Shown: positions 33,900 to 45,493, counted from the first letter of the stretch. The stretch is DNA of 56,346 bases from Sulfuritalea sp. (GCA_030696505.1 JAUYSD010000074.1:1-56346), one strand, 5' to 3'. The notes: generated by a model from the letters alone, not told the origin. Translations and numbers: made by a program.

Positions 33900-35234
33900 A
33901 TGGAGCAAGCCTTGAAAACGGACCTTGGCGGCGAGAAAGGCGCTGGCGGCGTGGCAGCGACGGCGAGCGGCAGGCCAGCCGTTGCGCCGAGCGACGAGCC
34001 AAGTCCGCGCCGCGCCGCGACAGCCGATCCGCACTTTGCCGAAATCCTTGAGATCGCCGATGATGCCATCATCACGGTGAACGCCGCGCAGACGATCACC
34101 CTGTTCAACCGCGGCGCCGAGCGCATATTCGGCTACCAGGTCGACGAGGTGCTCGGCCGGCCGCTTGAAATGCTGTTGCCGGACCGGTTCCGCAACAACC
34201 ATCGCGGCCTGGTCCAGGACTTTGCCGCGGCCCCGGATGCAGCCCGCGTGATGGCCGAACGCCGCGAGATCTACGGTCGCCGCAAGGACGGCAGCGAGTT
34301 TCCGGCCGACGCCTCGATTGCCAAGCTGGTGCTCGACACGGGCCTGGTGTTCACCGTCATCCTGCGCGACGTCACCGCGCGCAAGGCCGCGGCGGCCGCC
34401 TTGCAGCGCGCTCACGACGAGCTGGAAATCCGCGTCAGGGAGCGCACCGCCGAATTGCGCGACTCCAACCGCCGCCTGGCGCAGCAAGCCAGGGAACTGG
34501 CCCGCTCCAATGCCGACCTGGAGCAGTTTGCCTACGTCGCCTCGCACGACCTGCAGGAACCGCTGCGCATGGTCGCCAGCTACACGCAGTTGCTGGTCAA
34601 GCGCTATCGCGGCCGCATCGACGCGGATGCCGATGACTTCCTGAACTACATCGTGGACGGCGCCCTGCGCATGCAACGGCTGATCAACGATCTGCTGGCG
34701 TTTTCCCGCGTCGGCACACGCGGCAGGGAACTGGAGCCGACACCCCTGGCGGCGGTGATGCAGCGTGTCCTGGCGAATCTGAAGGCCGGCATCGATGAAA
34801 GCCGCGCGGTGATAAGCGTCGATGAGCTGCCCACCGTTTGGGCCGACGCGACCCAGATGGAACTCCTGCTGCAAAACCTCGTCAGCAATGCCATAAAGTT
34901 CCGCGGCGAGGCGCCGCCGGCGATCCGCATCGCGGCGCGGCGCGGCGACGGCGAGTGGCAGCTGAGCGTCACCGACCAGGGCATCGGCATCGATCCGCAA
35001 TACGCCGAAAGGATATTCGTGATTTTCCAGCGCCTGCACACGACGGCCGACTATCCGGGAACCGGCATCGGACTGGCCATTTGCAAGCGGATCGTCGAGC
35101 GTCACGGCGGACGCATCTGGGTCAGTTCGGAACCCGGACGCGGCTCCAGCTTCTGCTTCACCCTGCCCGACAGAGAAGAGATCCATCATGAATCCTCGCA
35201 CCCATCCGATCAGGATCCTGCTGGTCGAAGATAA
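33900..35234 (+). CDS. PAS histidine kinase
   Basis: One PAS, FAYVASHDLQEPLR, NLVSNAIKF, GTGIGLA; start uncertain. Confidence 0.9.
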   Translation: MEQALKTDLGGEKGAGGVAATASGRPAVAPSDEPSPRRAATADPHFAEILEIADDAIITVNAAQTITLFNRGAERIFGYQVDEVLGRPLEMLLPDRFRNNHRGLVQDFAAAPDAARVMAERREIYGRRKDGSEFPADASIAKLVLDTGLVFTVILRDVTARKAAAAALQRAHDELEIRVRERTAELRDSNRRLAQQARELARSNADLEQFAYVASHDLQEPLRMVASYTQLLVKRYRGRIDADADDFLNYIVDGALRMQRLINDLLAFSRVGTRGRELEPTPLAAVMQRVLANLKAGIDESRAVISVDELPTVWADATQMELLLQNLVSNAIKFRGEAPPAIRIAARRGDGEWQLSVTDQGIGIDPQYAERIFVIFQRLHTTADYPGTGIGLAICKRIVERHGGRIWVSSEPGRGSSFCFTLPDREEIHHESSHPSDQDPAGRR

Positions 35235-35637
35235 TCCGGGCGATGTGCGCCTGACCGTGGAAGCCTTCAAGGACGGCAAGGTGGACAACCCGATGGATGT
35301 CGTCAGGGACGGCGTCGAGGCGCTGGCCTACCTGCGCCAGGAGGGCGCCTACCGCGACCGGCCGCTGCCCGACCTGATCCTGCTCGACCTCAATCTGCCG
35401 CGCATGGACGGACGTGAAGTGCTCGCCGCGGTCAAGGCCGATGCGCGCCTCAAGCACATCCCGGTGGTGGTGCTGACCACTTCGGCGGCCGAGCAGGACG
35501 TGCAGAAATCCTATCTGCTGCAGGCCAGCTGCTTCATCACCAAGCCCGTCGACTTCCACAAGTTCGCCGAGGTGGTCCGCGGTATCGATTCCTTCTACCT
35601 GTCGATCGTGACCCTGCCGCCGCAGGTGGCGCCATGA
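35188..35637 (+). CDS. Single-domain response regulator
   Basis: LLVEDNPGD, LLDLNLPRMDG, VVLTTS, ITKP. Confidence 0.93.
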   Translation: MNPRTHPIRILLVEDNPGDVRLTVEAFKDGKVDNPMDVVRDGVEALAYLRQEGAYRDRPLPDLILLDLNLPRMDGREVLAAVKADARLKHIPVVVLTTSAAEQDVQKSYLLQASCFITKPVDFHKFAEVVRGIDSFYLSIVTLPPQVAP

Positions 35638-35691
35638 GACACCTTGTGTCACCCCCTCGCCTGGCGAGGGGGCTGGGGGGTAGTCCAGTGA
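35634..35691 (+). repeat. Palindromic junction element, copy B (in-frame N-terminal extension)
   Basis: ATGA-GACACCTTGTGTCACCCCCTCGC-CTG-GCGAGGGGGCTGGGGGGTAGTCCA-GTGA. Confidence 0.8.
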
Positions 35692-37826
35692 ACCATGCGG
35701 CGAATGTCCTCCTGGTCGAGGACAATCCAGGCGATGCGCGCCTGATCCAGGAAATGCTGGCGGAAAGCAGCCAGGATCAGTTCCGTCTCTGGCGCCAGGC
35801 GGATCGTCTGTCCTCCGGGCTGGATTTCCTCGATCAGGGCGATATCGGCATGGTGCTGCTGGATTTGTCCCTGCCCGACAGCCTGGGGCTCGACACCTTC
35901 AGCAGCGTATTTGCGCGGGCGCCGCAGGTACCGATCATCGTGCTGACCGGAACCGATGACGAGGTCATGGCCCTCAGCGCGGTGAAGACCGGCGCCCAGG
36001 ACTACCTGGTCAAGGGGCATGTCGACAGCAACCTGCTGCAGCGCGCGATGCGCTACGCCCTGGAACGCAAGCAGGCCGAACGGGCCTTGCGCGCCAGCGA
36101 GGAGCGCTATGCCCTGGCGGCCGCGGGCTCCAACGACGGCCTGTGGGACTGGCATCTGCTCCAGCGCCAGGTGTATTTTTCGCCGCGCTGGAAAGCCATG
36201 CTCGGCTTCTCCGAGCAGGAGGTTGGTGCCACCGAGGACGAGTGGCTGCAACGCATCCATGGTGAAGACTTGCCCGAGTTCCGCGAGCGGCTGGGGCGTT
36301 GCGTGGCCGGCCAGACCGACCACCTGGTGGCCGAGTACCGCATGCTGCACAAGGACGGCAGTCATCACTGGATGCTGTGCCGCGGCATCGCCGTGCGCGA
36401 TGCACACGGCATGACCTGGCGGCTGGCCGGGTCGCAGACCGACATCAACGAACGCAAGCTTGCCGCGCAGCAACTGCTGCACGACGCACTGCACGATTCG
36501 CTGACCGGGCTGCCGAATCGCGCCCTGCTGATGGAGTCGCTGCGGCGCGCCCTCGACCGGGCGCAGCGGCATCCGGAGCACATGTTCGCCGTGCTGTTCA
36601 TCGATCTCGATCGCTTCAAGAACGTCAATGACAGCCTCGGGCACATGGTGGGCGACCGCTTTCTCATCGAGTGCGGACGACGCCTGGCGTTGTGCTGCCG
36701 GCCCGAGGACACGCTGGCGCGGCTCGGCGGCGACGAGTTCATCCTGCTGCTGGACGACATTTCCGGCGAGTCCGATGCGATCCGCGTCGCCGAACGGGTG
36801 CAGGCCGACCTGGAAAAGTCGCTGACCATCGATGGGCACGTCCTGTCCATGTCCGGCAGCATCGGCGTCGCCATCAGCTCGCCGCATTACACCCAGCCCG
36901 AAGAACTGCTGCGCGATGCCGATACCGCCATGTACCGCGCCAAGGCGCAGGGCAAGGCCTGCTATTCGCTGTTCGATGCCGCCATGCACGCCCGGGCGGT
37001 GGCCGAATTGAAAATGGAGGCCGATTTGCGGCGGGCGGTCGAGCAGCAGGGTTTCCATCTCGACTATCAACCCGTGATCGCGCTCGGGTCGGGGCAACTG
37101 GTCGGCTTCGAGGCGCTGATACGCTGGCATCACCCCGAGCTGGGGCCGGTTGCGCCGGCCGAATTCATTCCTTTGGCCGAGGAAACCGGCCTGATCGTGG
37201 CCATCGGGCGATGGGTTTTGTCCACGGCCTGCGAGCAGCTGGCAAGCTGGCGCAGCCTGGGGCCGGGCCTGGGTCATGTCACCATCAGCGTGAATCTCTC
37301 AAGCCGGCAGCTGTTCGGCAATAACGACCTGGTGGCGCAAGTCGCCGACACGCTGCGCCGGACCGGGCTGCCGGCGGCCAACCTGAAACTCGAAATCACC
37401 GAAAGCATACTCATGGCCGATGTCACGGCGGCGTCCGAGAAACTGCGGCAGTTGAAGGGCATCGGGGTGCGCATCAGCATGGACGATTTCGGCACCGGCT
37501 ATTCCTCGCTCAGCTACCTGCATCGCTTTCCGGTCGATACCCTGAAGATCGACCAGTCCTTCATCCGCAACATGGGCAAGTCGGCCGAGGCGGTGGCCAT
37601 CGTGCGCGCCATCCTGAACCTGGCGCAGTCCCTGAAAATGGACGTCATCGCGGAAGGGCCCGAAACGGCCGCAGAGGTGCAGTTGCTCAAGTCCATGGAC
37701 TGTCCCCATGTCCAGGGCCACTATTTTTCCAGGCCCTTGTCGGTGCAGGCGGCGGCGTCAGCCTTGCGCCAGGTCGATCCGGTCTGGCGCGCGAAGCTGC
37801 CGGCCGCGGCCGGCAGGGAGGAATAG
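35634..37826 (+). CDS. REC-PAS-GGDEF-EAL protein
   Basis: REC (EDN, LLD, T, K), PAS, RLGGDEF, FEAL, DDFGTGYSSL; alternative GTG start at 35688. Confidence 0.94.
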   Translation: MRHLVSPPRLARGLGGSPVNHAANVLLVEDNPGDARLIQEMLAESSQDQFRLWRQADRLSSGLDFLDQGDIGMVLLDLSLPDSLGLDTFSSVFARAPQVPIIVLTGTDDEVMALSAVKTGAQDYLVKGHVDSNLLQRAMRYALERKQAERALRASEERYALAAAGSNDGLWDWHLLQRQVYFSPRWKAMLGFSEQEVGATEDEWLQRIHGEDLPEFRERLGRCVAGQTDHLVAEYRMLHKDGSHHWMLCRGIAVRDAHGMTWRLAGSQTDINERKLAAQQLLHDALHDSLTGLPNRALLMESLRRALDRAQRHPEHMFAVLFIDLDRFKNVNDSLGHMVGDRFLIECGRRLALCCRPEDTLARLGGDEFILLLDDISGESDAIRVAERVQADLEKSLTIDGHVLSMSGSIGVAISSPHYTQPEELLRDADTAMYRAKAQGKACYSLFDAAMHARAVAELKMEADLRRAVEQQGFHLDYQPVIALGSGQLVGFEALIRWHHPELGPVAPAEFIPLAEETGLIVAIGRWVLSTACEQLASWRSLGPGLGHVTISVNLSSRQLFGNNDLVAQVADTLRRTGLPAANLKLEITESILMADVTAASEKLRQLKGIGVRISMDDFGTGYSSLSYLHRFPVDTLKIDQSFIRNMGKSAEAVAIVRAILNLAQSLKMDVIAEGPETAAEVQLLKSMDCPHVQGHYFSRPLSVQAAASALRQVDPVWRAKLPAAAGREE

Positions 37827-37846
37827 CGCCGGCGTCCCCGCTGCCC

Positions 37847-40132
37847 TCAGGTAAACAGCTTGCCCCTGCGCATCACCCGGACGCAGGCCGCGACCACCTG
37901 CGGGTCGAACTGCCCGCCGGCGCAGCTTTCGATCTCCGTTATGGCCGCGTCGAGGCCCAGCGCGGCGCGGTAGGGGCGGTGGTTCATCATGGCTTCGACG
38001 ACGTCGGCCACGGCGATGATGCGCGCTTCCAGCAGGATTTCCTCGCCCTTCAGTCCGTTCGGATAGCCGCTGCCATCCATCCGCTCGTGGTGCTGGAGAA
38101 TGATCTTGGCGATGGGCCAGGGAAAATCGATGTCCTTGATGATGTCGTAGCCGACCTGAGGATGGGTCCTGATCAGCGAGAATTCGATGTCGCTCAGTTT
38201 TCCGGGGCGGTTCAGTATTTCCGCCGGAACATAGACCTTGCCGATGTCGTGAATCTCCGCGCCGCGCAGGACACCGGCCGCGACGGCCTCGGCCACCCCC
38301 ATTTCGCGGGCGATCGCGGTCGCCAGCAGGCTGACCCGTTGCTGGTGCCCCGCCGTGTAGGGGTCGCGCGCCTCGATCGTCGTGGCGATGGCCTGGATCG
38401 TGTCCTCCAGGGCGCGCTCGAGCTTCTGCGCGCTGTCGCGCTGGGCGGCGCGGCCGCGCACCGTGACAATGCCGAAGGCAAGGTCGGCGGCCAGTTCGGC
38501 GAGCAGGCCGAGTTCCTCTGCGCCAAATACGCCGGCCTCGGCCGAATAGATGTTGAGCGTGCCGATCACCTGCCGATCCGCCTTGAGCGGCAGGGCGACG
38601 CTCGAACGGTAGCCGAACTCCAGCGTCGAGGAACGCCAGGGGGCGAAGTCGGCGTCGGTGGCGATGTCGGCGGCGACCTGAACCTGGCCGCTGCGCACGG
38701 CCCTGCCGGTGGGCCCCTGCCCGTGTTCGGAGTCGGCCCAGGTCAGGTGCAGGGCGTTTACATAGTCGGCGGCACGCGCGCCGAACTGTGCCATCGGCCT
38801 CATGGACTTGGCCTCGTCGTGTTCGGCATAGGCCACCCAGGCCATGGCAAAGCCGCCCGCATCCACCACCACGCGGCACATGTCTTCCAGCAGGGCCATT
38901 TCCTCGGTGGCATGGACCAGGGTTTCGTTGCAGCGGCTGAGGGTGCGCAGGAAGCGGTTGCTGCGCTGGATCGCGCGCTCGGCGGCCTTGCGTGCGGTTA
39001 TGTCGCGCGCGATGGCCGACACCCCGCTGATGGTTCCCGAGGAATCGCGGATCGGCGACAGCGACAGCGATACCTCGATCAGGCGGCCATCGCTGCGCCT
39101 GCGCACGGTTTCGTAATGGGCGACGCTCTTGCCGCTCCTGACCGCGTCGAGCAGATCGGCCACCTCCTGCTGGCGATCGTCCGGCGCCAACAGACTTATC
39201 GGCTTGCCGACGATTTCGGCGGCGGCGTAGCCATACATTTTTTCGGCGCCGCGGTTCCAGGTCGTGATGCGCCCGTCGGTCGCCTTGCCGATGATGGCGT
39301 CTTCCGACGATTCGACGATGGCGGCCAGTTCGCGACGCAAGGCCTCGGCCCGGTGGCGTTCGGAAATGTCGCGCACGATGCCCGTGGCATGCCAGTGTCC
39401 GTCGATCGCCACCGAGGAAATCGACAGTTCGACCGGAAACTCCTCACCGTTCTTGCGCAGGCCGGACATTTCCAGGGTGTGACCGACCACCGGCCCCTGG
39501 CCGGTGGCACAGAAGCGGTCCCAGCCCTGCTGTATGGCCTGCCGGTAGCGTGCCGGCGCCAGCAGTCGATGCAGCGATTGGCCTACGGCTTCCGCCGCGC
39601 TGTAACCGAACATGCGTTCCGCCGCAGGGTTCCAGTAGGTTATCGACTCGCCCTGGTCGACCGTGATCAGGCCGTCCTGCGCCGATTCGGCGATTTTGCG
39701 AAAGCGCTCCTCGCTGGCCGCCAGCTCGGTCTCGGCGCGGCGGCGCAGGCGGCGCTCGGCCGCTTCCTGCAAGGCACGGCTGACCGCCGGCGCGAGCTTG
39801 CCGAGACGGTCCTTGATGACGTAGTCCGCCGCCCCCTGATGCAGGGTCTCGATCGCGAATTCCTCGCCCATGGCGCCGGAGACGAAGATGAAAGGCACGT
39901 CCGGCGATTGTTCCACAGCGATGGCCAGCGCCTGCAAACCGTCGAAGGCCGGCAGCCGATAGTCGGCGAGAACGATGTCGGGGCGGAAATCCTTCAACGC
40001 CGCGACGAAGGCGTCCCGGGTTTCCACGCGCAGGGGCGAGAACTCGATACCGGCCTTGTGCAGCGCCCGCGTCGCGAGCTCGGCGTCGATCGGTTCGTCT
40101 TCCAGCAGCAGAATTTTCAGTCCTTCTGTCAT
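37847..40132 (-). CDS. REC-PAS-PAS-GAF-HD-GYP phosphodiesterase
   Basis: [29 protein letters not shown]. Confidence 0.94.
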   Translation of the reverse strand: MTEGLKILLLEDEPIDAELATRALHKAGIEFSPLRVETRDAFVAALKDFRPDIVLADYRLPAFDGLQALAIAVEQSPDVPFIFVSGAMGEEFAIETLHQGAADYVIKDRLGKLAPAVSRALQEAAERRLRRRAETELAASEERFRKIAESAQDGLITVDQGESITYWNPAAERMFGYSAAEAVGQSLHRLLAPARYRQAIQQGWDRFCATGQGPVVGHTLEMSGLRKNGEEFPVELSISSVAIDGHWHATGIVRDISERHRAEALRRELAAIVESSEDAIIGKATDGRITTWNRGAEKMYGYAAAEIVGKPISLLAPDDRQQEVADLLDAVRSGKSVAHYETVRRRSDGRLIEVSLSLSPIRDSSGTISGVSAIARDITARKAAERAIQRSNRFLRTLSRCNETLVHATEEMALLEDMCRVVVDAGGFAMAWVAYAEHDEAKSMRPMAQFGARAADYVNALHLTWADSEHGQGPTGRAVRSGQVQVAADIATDADFAPWRSSTLEFGYRSSVALPLKADRQVIGTLNIYSAEAGVFGAEELGLLAELAADLAFGIVTVRGRAAQRDSAQKLERALEDTIQAIATTIEARDPYTAGHQQRVSLLATAIAREMGVAEAVAAGVLRGAEIHDIGKVYVPAEILNRPGKLSDIEFSLIRTHPQVGYDIIKDIDFPWPIAKIILQHHERMDGSGYPNGLKGEEILLEARIIAVADVVEAMMNHRPYRAALGLDAAITEIESCAGGQFDPQVVAACVRVMRRGKLFT

Positions 40133-40138
40133 TGCGGC

Positions 40139-40588
40139 TCACTCGTTGGGAATTTTGTTCAGCAGCAGCCAGTAAAGGCCCAGTTCGCCCACCACCTTGA
40201 CGAACTCGTCGAAGGACACGGGCTTGGTGATGTAGCTGTTGACGCCGAGCCGGTAGCACTCCTCGACGTCGACGTCTTCCTTCGAGGAAGTCAGTACCAC
40301 CACCGGAATCGTCCGCGCGCGCTCGTCGCTCTTCAGGCGCCGCAGCACCTCGACGCCGCTGATGCGCGGCAGGCGCAGATCGAGCAGGACCACCTTGGGC
40401 TGGTGGGTCTTGTCGCGGTCGGCGTAGACGCCGGTGGCAAACAAAAAATCGAGCGCTTCGGCACCGTCCTTGACCCAGACCAGGTTATTCACCAGGCAGT
40501 TCTTCTTCAGGGCGCGGATGGTCAGTTCGGCGTCGGCCGCGGTGTCTTCGACCAGCAGGATTTCCACTTCATCATTGCGTTGCGTCAT
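40139..40588 (-). CDS. Single-domain response regulator
   Basis: LLVEDT, LLDLRLP, VVLTSS, NSYITKP, GLYWL. Confidence 0.93.
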   Translation of the reverse strand: MTQRNDEVEILLVEDTAADAELTIRALKKNCLVNNLVWVKDGAEALDFLFATGVYADRDKTHQPKVVLLDLRLPRISGVEVLRRLKSDERARTIPVVVLTSSKEDVDVEECYRLGVNSYITKPVSFDEFVKVVGELGLYWLLLNKIPNE

Positions 40589-42734
40589 TTGCGACCTCTC
40601 TTGCCGGCAAGGTAAAACTGATGGTGGCACCGACGTCGACCTGGCCTTCGGCCCAGACGCGGCCGCCATGGCGGCCGACGATGCGCCTGACCATCGCCAG
40701 GCCGGTGCCGCTGCCTTCGAACTGTCCCACCGGATGCACGCGCTCGAAGACTTGGAACAGCTTATCCACGTATTGCATGTCGAAGCCCACGCCATTGTCC
40801 TTGACATAATAGAGGACCTGATCGCCTTGGATCTCGCCGCCGACTTCGATCACCGCCTGCGGCCTTGGCTGGGTGAACTTGACCGCATTCGAGAGCAGGT
40901 TCGTCAGCAGGCGGCGGATCATGGTGCGGTCGCCCCACAGCGACGGCGGATTCTTCAGTACCAGCTGCAGCTTGCGGTCCGGCACCGAGTCCCGCAGTTC
41001 CCGGAATATCTCCAGGACCAGTTGCGCAACGTCCACCGGGCCGAAATTCATCGGCCGCCGACCGAGGCGCAGGAACTCGAGCAATTCGTCGATCAAACAG
41101 CCCATGCGCACGGTATTGACCTGGACCACGTCGAGCAGGCGGCGGCCTTCGCTGTCGAGAGCGGCCGCATGTTCATCGACCAGGATGCGGGCGAATCCGG
41201 CAATCGCGCGCAAGGGTGTGCGCAGATCGTGGGAAATCGAGTAGGAAAAGTCTTCGAGTTCCTTGTTGGCCGCCTCCAGTTCGGCGGTGCGCCTCGCCAC
41301 GCGCTGTTCAAGCGAGGCGTTCAACTGACGCACCGTGGCCTCAGCCTCGACGCGCTCGGTGATGTCGCGGTTGCTGGCGCGGCGGCCCATGAACTTGCCG
41401 TCGCGCCCGAACACGGCGCGGCAGCCGTGGCCGATCCAGCGGACCTCGCCATCGCGGCGCACGATGCGGAAGTCCACCCCGGCTTCATCCCTGGCGGTGA
41501 TGTCGCTCTGATGGTCGGCCATCAGGTGCGCATCGTCGGGATGGATGATCCGGTAGAGCAGATCCGGCTGCGCCAGGAACTCGGCCGGGGAATATCCCGT
41601 TACCCGATCGCACGCAGGCGACATGAACAGGATTTCGCCGTCCGGGCCCTCCCAGTATTCCCAGTCGTAGGTGTAGTCGGCGACGGTATGGAATTTTTCC
41701 TCCTCGCGCGCCAGTTCCAGCGTGGCGACCAACTGGTGTTTCCAGTTGCGGTGGATCAGCCAGGACGAAATCAGCGTCGTCAGGAAAAACAGGGCGACCA
41801 TCGCCGCGGTGTTGGCCGCCTGATTCCGCCACTGCGCCATGTATTCGCCGGTGGCCCGGCCGACGACCATGTAGAGCGGTGAATTGGGAATCCTGTGCAC
41901 ACCGAATTTGCGCTCGACGCCGTCGACCGTGTCTGTCGATACATAGCCTCCGGCATCCAGGCCGGTCCGGATCAGGGCCTCCAGCGTGGGCACGGCGAGT
42001 TTTTCACCGATCACCTTGTCGGGTTCCGGCGGAACCGGATGGCGGGCAAGGATTCTCAGTTCGGCATCGCGCAGGGAAATCGATCCCTGTCGGCCGACGT
42101 CGATATTGGCAAATGCCCGCGTCAGATAGTCCAGCGCAACCGCCGCAAACACCATGCCGGCGAAGGAGCCGTCGGCCCGGTTGATGCGCCGGGCAAAGAC
42201 GATCACCGACTTGTGGTTGACGCGGCTTTTCTGTACCCGGGAGATCAACCGCCCCGCGCCGGGCTCGTCACGCAGGCGGACAAAATGCGGGCGATCGGCA
42301 ACGCTGACCTGCGAGCCGGGCGCCACGTCGCTGCCGTAAGCGACTATGCCCTGTGCATCGGCGATGCGCAGCGCGTCGAGATTGGGCAGACGGGCATGGG
42401 CGCGTGCGATGAAGGCATTCAGGGCCGGCCCGTCGATGCCGCCGGCGGCGAGCTGGCGCTCGGCTTCGTCGGCCGCGGCGAACAGCGTCAGGTCTATTTT
42501 GTCGATGTCCCCGGCGAATTCCTGGGCCAGCAGGTGCGACAGGTTCTGCCCCGTGACTGCGGCACGCGCCTGCGATTCGCCATGGCTCTGGTGGAGCGAA
42601 AAGCCCACCATGCCGAAAACGAACAGATTGATCAGTGCAAAGCCCACCTGCATCCATTTGACGAAAGCGGCGGACGATGTTGCCCGCTCGGCAAGGCGGG
42701 GTCGGCCCTTGGCCGATATTGTCGGCGTCACCAT
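40572..42734 (-). CDS. Membrane Cache-PAS histidine kinase
   Basis: Two TM flanking a Cache-like domain, [19 protein letters not shown]. Confidence 0.9.
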   Translation of the reverse strand: MVTPTISAKGRPRLAERATSSAAFVKWMQVGFALINLFVFGMVGFSLHQSHGESQARAAVTGQNLSHLLAQEFAGDIDKIDLTLFAAADEAERQLAAGGIDGPALNAFIARAHARLPNLDALRIADAQGIVAYGSDVAPGSQVSVADRPHFVRLRDEPGAGRLISRVQKSRVNHKSVIVFARRINRADGSFAGMVFAAVALDYLTRAFANIDVGRQGSISLRDAELRILARHPVPPEPDKVIGEKLAVPTLEALIRTGLDAGGYVSTDTVDGVERKFGVHRIPNSPLYMVVGRATGEYMAQWRNQAANTAAMVALFFLTTLISSWLIHRNWKHQLVATLELAREEEKFHTVADYTYDWEYWEGPDGEILFMSPACDRVTGYSPAEFLAQPDLLYRIIHPDDAHLMADHQSDITARDEAGVDFRIVRRDGEVRWIGHGCRAVFGRDGKFMGRRASNRDITERVEAEATVRQLNASLEQRVARRTAELEAANKELEDFSYSISHDLRTPLRAIAGFARILVDEHAAALDSEGRRLLDVVQVNTVRMGCLIDELLEFLRLGRRPMNFGPVDVAQLVLEIFRELRDSVPDRKLQLVLKNPPSLWGDRTMIRRLLTNLLSNAVKFTQPRPQAVIEVGGEIQGDQVLYYVKDNGVGFDMQYVDKLFQVFERVHPVGQFEGSGTGLAMVRRIVGRHGGRVWAEGQVDVGATISFTLPAREVANDATQ

Positions 42735-44650
42735 GATCGCGCCGGCTGGCCCGGGGCCTTGCCGCGTGGCAGCGTGAAATGGATCGCCGCACCTTCATTG
42801 ACCCGGCCTTCGGCCCAGACCCGTCCGCCGTGGCGGGTGATGACGCGCTTGACGATGGCCAGGCCGATGCCGGTCCCCTCGAACTGTTCCGCGCTGTGCA
42901 GGCGCTGGAAGGCGCCGAACAGCTTGTCGACGTATTGCATGTCGAAGCCGACGCCGTTGTCGCGCACCCAGTAGTGATTTTCCTCGCTGCCGCTCGCGCT
43001 GTCGCCGGCGATTTCGATCAGGGCCTGCGGGCGCGGCGCGGTGAATTTGATCGCGTTGGCGATCAGGTTCGTCAGCACCTGCCGGATCATCGCCCGATCG
43101 CCGCGCGCCGTGGGCAGTGCGCCGAGCTTCAGCAGCAGTCGGCGCTCGGGAAGCGCGGCCTGCTGCTCGTCGAAGACCGATTGCGCCAGCAGCGCCAGGT
43201 CGAAGTCGCTGCAGCCCATGTCGCGGCGGCTCATGCGCGAGAAGCTCAGGATGTCGTCGATCAGCTGACCCATGCGCTGGCTGTTCTCGCGCACCACGCC
43301 GAGCAGGCGCCGGCCCTCGGCATCGAGTTTGTGCTCGTAATCCTCGACCAGGATGCGCGAGAAGCCGTCGATGGCGCGCAAGGGCGCCCGCAGGTCGTGC
43401 GAAACCGAAAAGGCGAAGGCCTCCAGTTCCTTGTTGGCGGCTTCCAGTTGCGTGGTGCGTGCCGCGACCCGCTGCTCCAGTTCCTGGTTGAGGGCGCGCA
43501 CCTGCTCCTCGGCGCGCTGGCGCTCGGTGACGTCATGCACCGTGCCCAGCGCGCGTATCGGCCTGCCGTCCGTCGCATAGTGGGTTTCGCATTTTTCATT
43601 GACGTACTTGACGCGGCCGTCCTGCATCAGCAGGCGATGCACAATGTCATAGGGTTGCCGGTTCGCCACGGAGTCGGTGAAGGCCTGATTGACCATGGCC
43701 CGGTCGTCGGGATGGATCGCTGCGAGAAAGGCTTCGTAGGAGGCGCCGAATTGCGTCGGGTCGATTTCGAATATCCGAAAGATCTCCGGCGACCAGGTCA
43801 GCACGTTGCCGACCAGGTCGAGTTCCCAATTGCCCAGATGGGCGATGCGCTGGGCTTCCGCCAGGCTGGATTCGCTGCGGCGCAGGACGTCTTCCGCCGC
43901 CATGCGTTCGAGTTCGCGCCGATGGCTGCGTAACGCCACCAGGCCGATCGCCAGCAGGCCGATCAGCCAGCCGGCGGAATGGCTGACCAGCAGATGCCGT
44001 TTGGTCCGGTTGGCGGCCTCGTAGAAGGGTTCCAGGGACAGCGAGACGACGATCCCGCCGCGCACTTCGCCGGGCTTGTAGCCCTGGCGGGCGTGACATT
44101 TCAGGCAGCCCTCCTCGGTGTAGAAGGGCTTCATCACGCGCAGGTGCGGCACGCCACCGATGTTGTCGACCGCCGACACCTCCTGCGCGCCCGCTTCGAA
44201 GCGTAGCAGCGCCGCGCGTTCCCATTGATCCGGGGTGTTGATGGGATTGAGCGGGCGCAGGCTGACGATGCGCCCCTTTTCGCCGAACGGCCCGGCGAAA
44301 TGCGTCTGCACTTCGCGCAGCATGTAGGCCGGATTCATCAGCGTCAGTTTCATGCCGGTGGTCGTCACCACGTCGCGATCGGGTGTGGCGGCAAGGAAGG
44401 GATTGGGCGGCGTCTTCTCGGTCGGCGGCACATAGACCCCGCCATGGGACGTGGCCCAGGCGCGGAAGGCCAGATCCTTGCCGATATAGGCGGAGGCCTC
44501 GTGGTGGGCTATTTCGAGCACCTGGCGTTCGCTGTCCTGCAGGTACCAGGCGATCGACCCGGCCGAAATCGCCATCCAGGCGAGCGCGGCGAACAGCGCG
44601 TAGCGAATTACGGCGGAGGAGCGGAAAATATCCCACCGAGGTTTATTCAT
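42728..44650 (-). CDS. DUF3365 (heme c, CxxCH) periplasmic sensor-PAS histidine kinase
   Basis: HGGVYVP, NPAYMLR, SLRPLNP-N-PD-WE, CLKCH; SHDLRAPLR; start 44650 or 44686. Confidence 0.88.
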   Translation of the reverse strand: MNKPRWDIFRSSAVIRYALFAALAWMAISAGSIAWYLQDSERQVLEIAHHEASAYIGKDLAFRAWATSHGGVYVPPTEKTPPNPFLAATPDRDVVTTTGMKLTLMNPAYMLREVQTHFAGPFGEKGRIVSLRPLNPINTPDQWERAALLRFEAGAQEVSAVDNIGGVPHLRVMKPFYTEEGCLKCHARQGYKPGEVRGGIVVSLSLEPFYEAANRTKRHLLVSHSAGWLIGLLAIGLVALRSHRRELERMAAEDVLRRSESSLAEAQRIAHLGNWELDLVGNVLTWSPEIFRIFEIDPTQFGASYEAFLAAIHPDDRAMVNQAFTDSVANRQPYDIVHRLLMQDGRVKYVNEKCETHYATDGRPIRALGTVHDVTERQRAEEQVRALNQELEQRVAARTTQLEAANKELEAFAFSVSHDLRAPLRAIDGFSRILVEDYEHKLDAEGRRLLGVVRENSQRMGQLIDDILSFSRMSRRDMGCSDFDLALLAQSVFDEQQAALPERRLLLKLGALPTARGDRAMIRQVLTNLIANAIKFTAPRPQALIEIAGDSASGSEENHYWVRDNGVGFDMQYVDKLFGAFQRLHSAEQFEGTGIGLAIVKRVITRHGGRVWAEGRVNEGAAIHFTLPRGKAPGQPARSW

Positions 44651-44848
44651 TGCCGCATTTCCGTGGCCGACTGGAACCAAAACCATACACGTATTGTGGT
44701 TCGCAGAGGACTGTCAATGGCCGAGGTTTGATCTAGCGCAAAGCCGCCGGACCGCCGCGGCAGGCGGCATCCGGCGCTCCGGCGCAGGGGACGGGAAGGC
44801 AGTTTCGCGTGCTATGCTTTTTCGGACATCAATTTTGCAGGACGAATC

Positions 44849-45058
44849 ATGGCCGGCTCATGGGGTTGCCCACACGAAACCGACGACCTGTGCTCGAAGG
44901 TCAATCACCTGCGTTGCGATCCGGGCATGAAGGGCTGCGTGCTGCATGGCCGCTTCGTCTTCGCCAACGACGACAAGAACGAAAGGCTCAGGCAGAAGCA
45001 GGGCCGGGAAGCGGCGACGGGTGGTGCCGGCGCTGACGACTCATCGACGGCAGACTGA
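44849..45058 (+). CDS. Small four-Cys hypothetical protein
   Basis: WGCPHE-C-C-PGMKGC pattern; fills the intergenic gap. Confidence 0.6.
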   Translation: MAGSWGCPHETDDLCSKVNHLRCDPGMKGCVLHGRFVFANDDKNERLRQKQGREAATGGAGADDSSTAD

Positions 45059-45493
45059 GGCACAGCCGCGGCCGGTGCCGCCGGGACCGGCATAGCACGG
45101 CCCGCCCGGTCCGGCATGGCAGGCGCCGCCGGGCCCTGCGTAGGCAGGCCCCGTAGGTCCATCGTGGGCCGGCCCGCCGGGCGTGGAATCTGCCGGTCCG
45201 CCCGGTCCGGCATAGGCCGCTCCGCCGGGCCCGGCATAGCGCGGGCCGCCCTGTCCGGCGTAAAGAGGTCCGCCCGGCCCGGCGTAGCGCGGGCCGCCCT
45301 GTCCGGCATAGCAGGGGCCTTCATGGCCGGCCGACGCAGGTCCGCCGGGTCCGGAGTAGGCCGCTCCACCCAATCCGGAATCGCAGGCGCCGCCCTGGCC
45401 GGTGTAGCCCCTGCAATCGCAGGGGTCCATCGCCAGGGCCGGCGGCAACCAGGCCAGGGCGAACAGCAGTAGGGCGGCGGAGATCGGTTTCAT
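45041..45493 (-). CDS. Secreted Gly/Pro-rich octapeptide-repeat protein
   Basis: Sec signal ending ALA, 14 xYAGPGGP-type repeats, Cys caps. Confidence 0.8.
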   Translation of the reverse strand: MKPISAALLLFALAWLPPALAMDPCDCRGYTGQGGACDSGLGGAAYSGPGGPASAGHEGPCYAGQGGPRYAGPGGPLYAGQGGPRYAGPGGAAYAGPGGPADSTPGGPAHDGPTGPAYAGPGGACHAGPGGPCYAGPGGTGRGCASVCRR

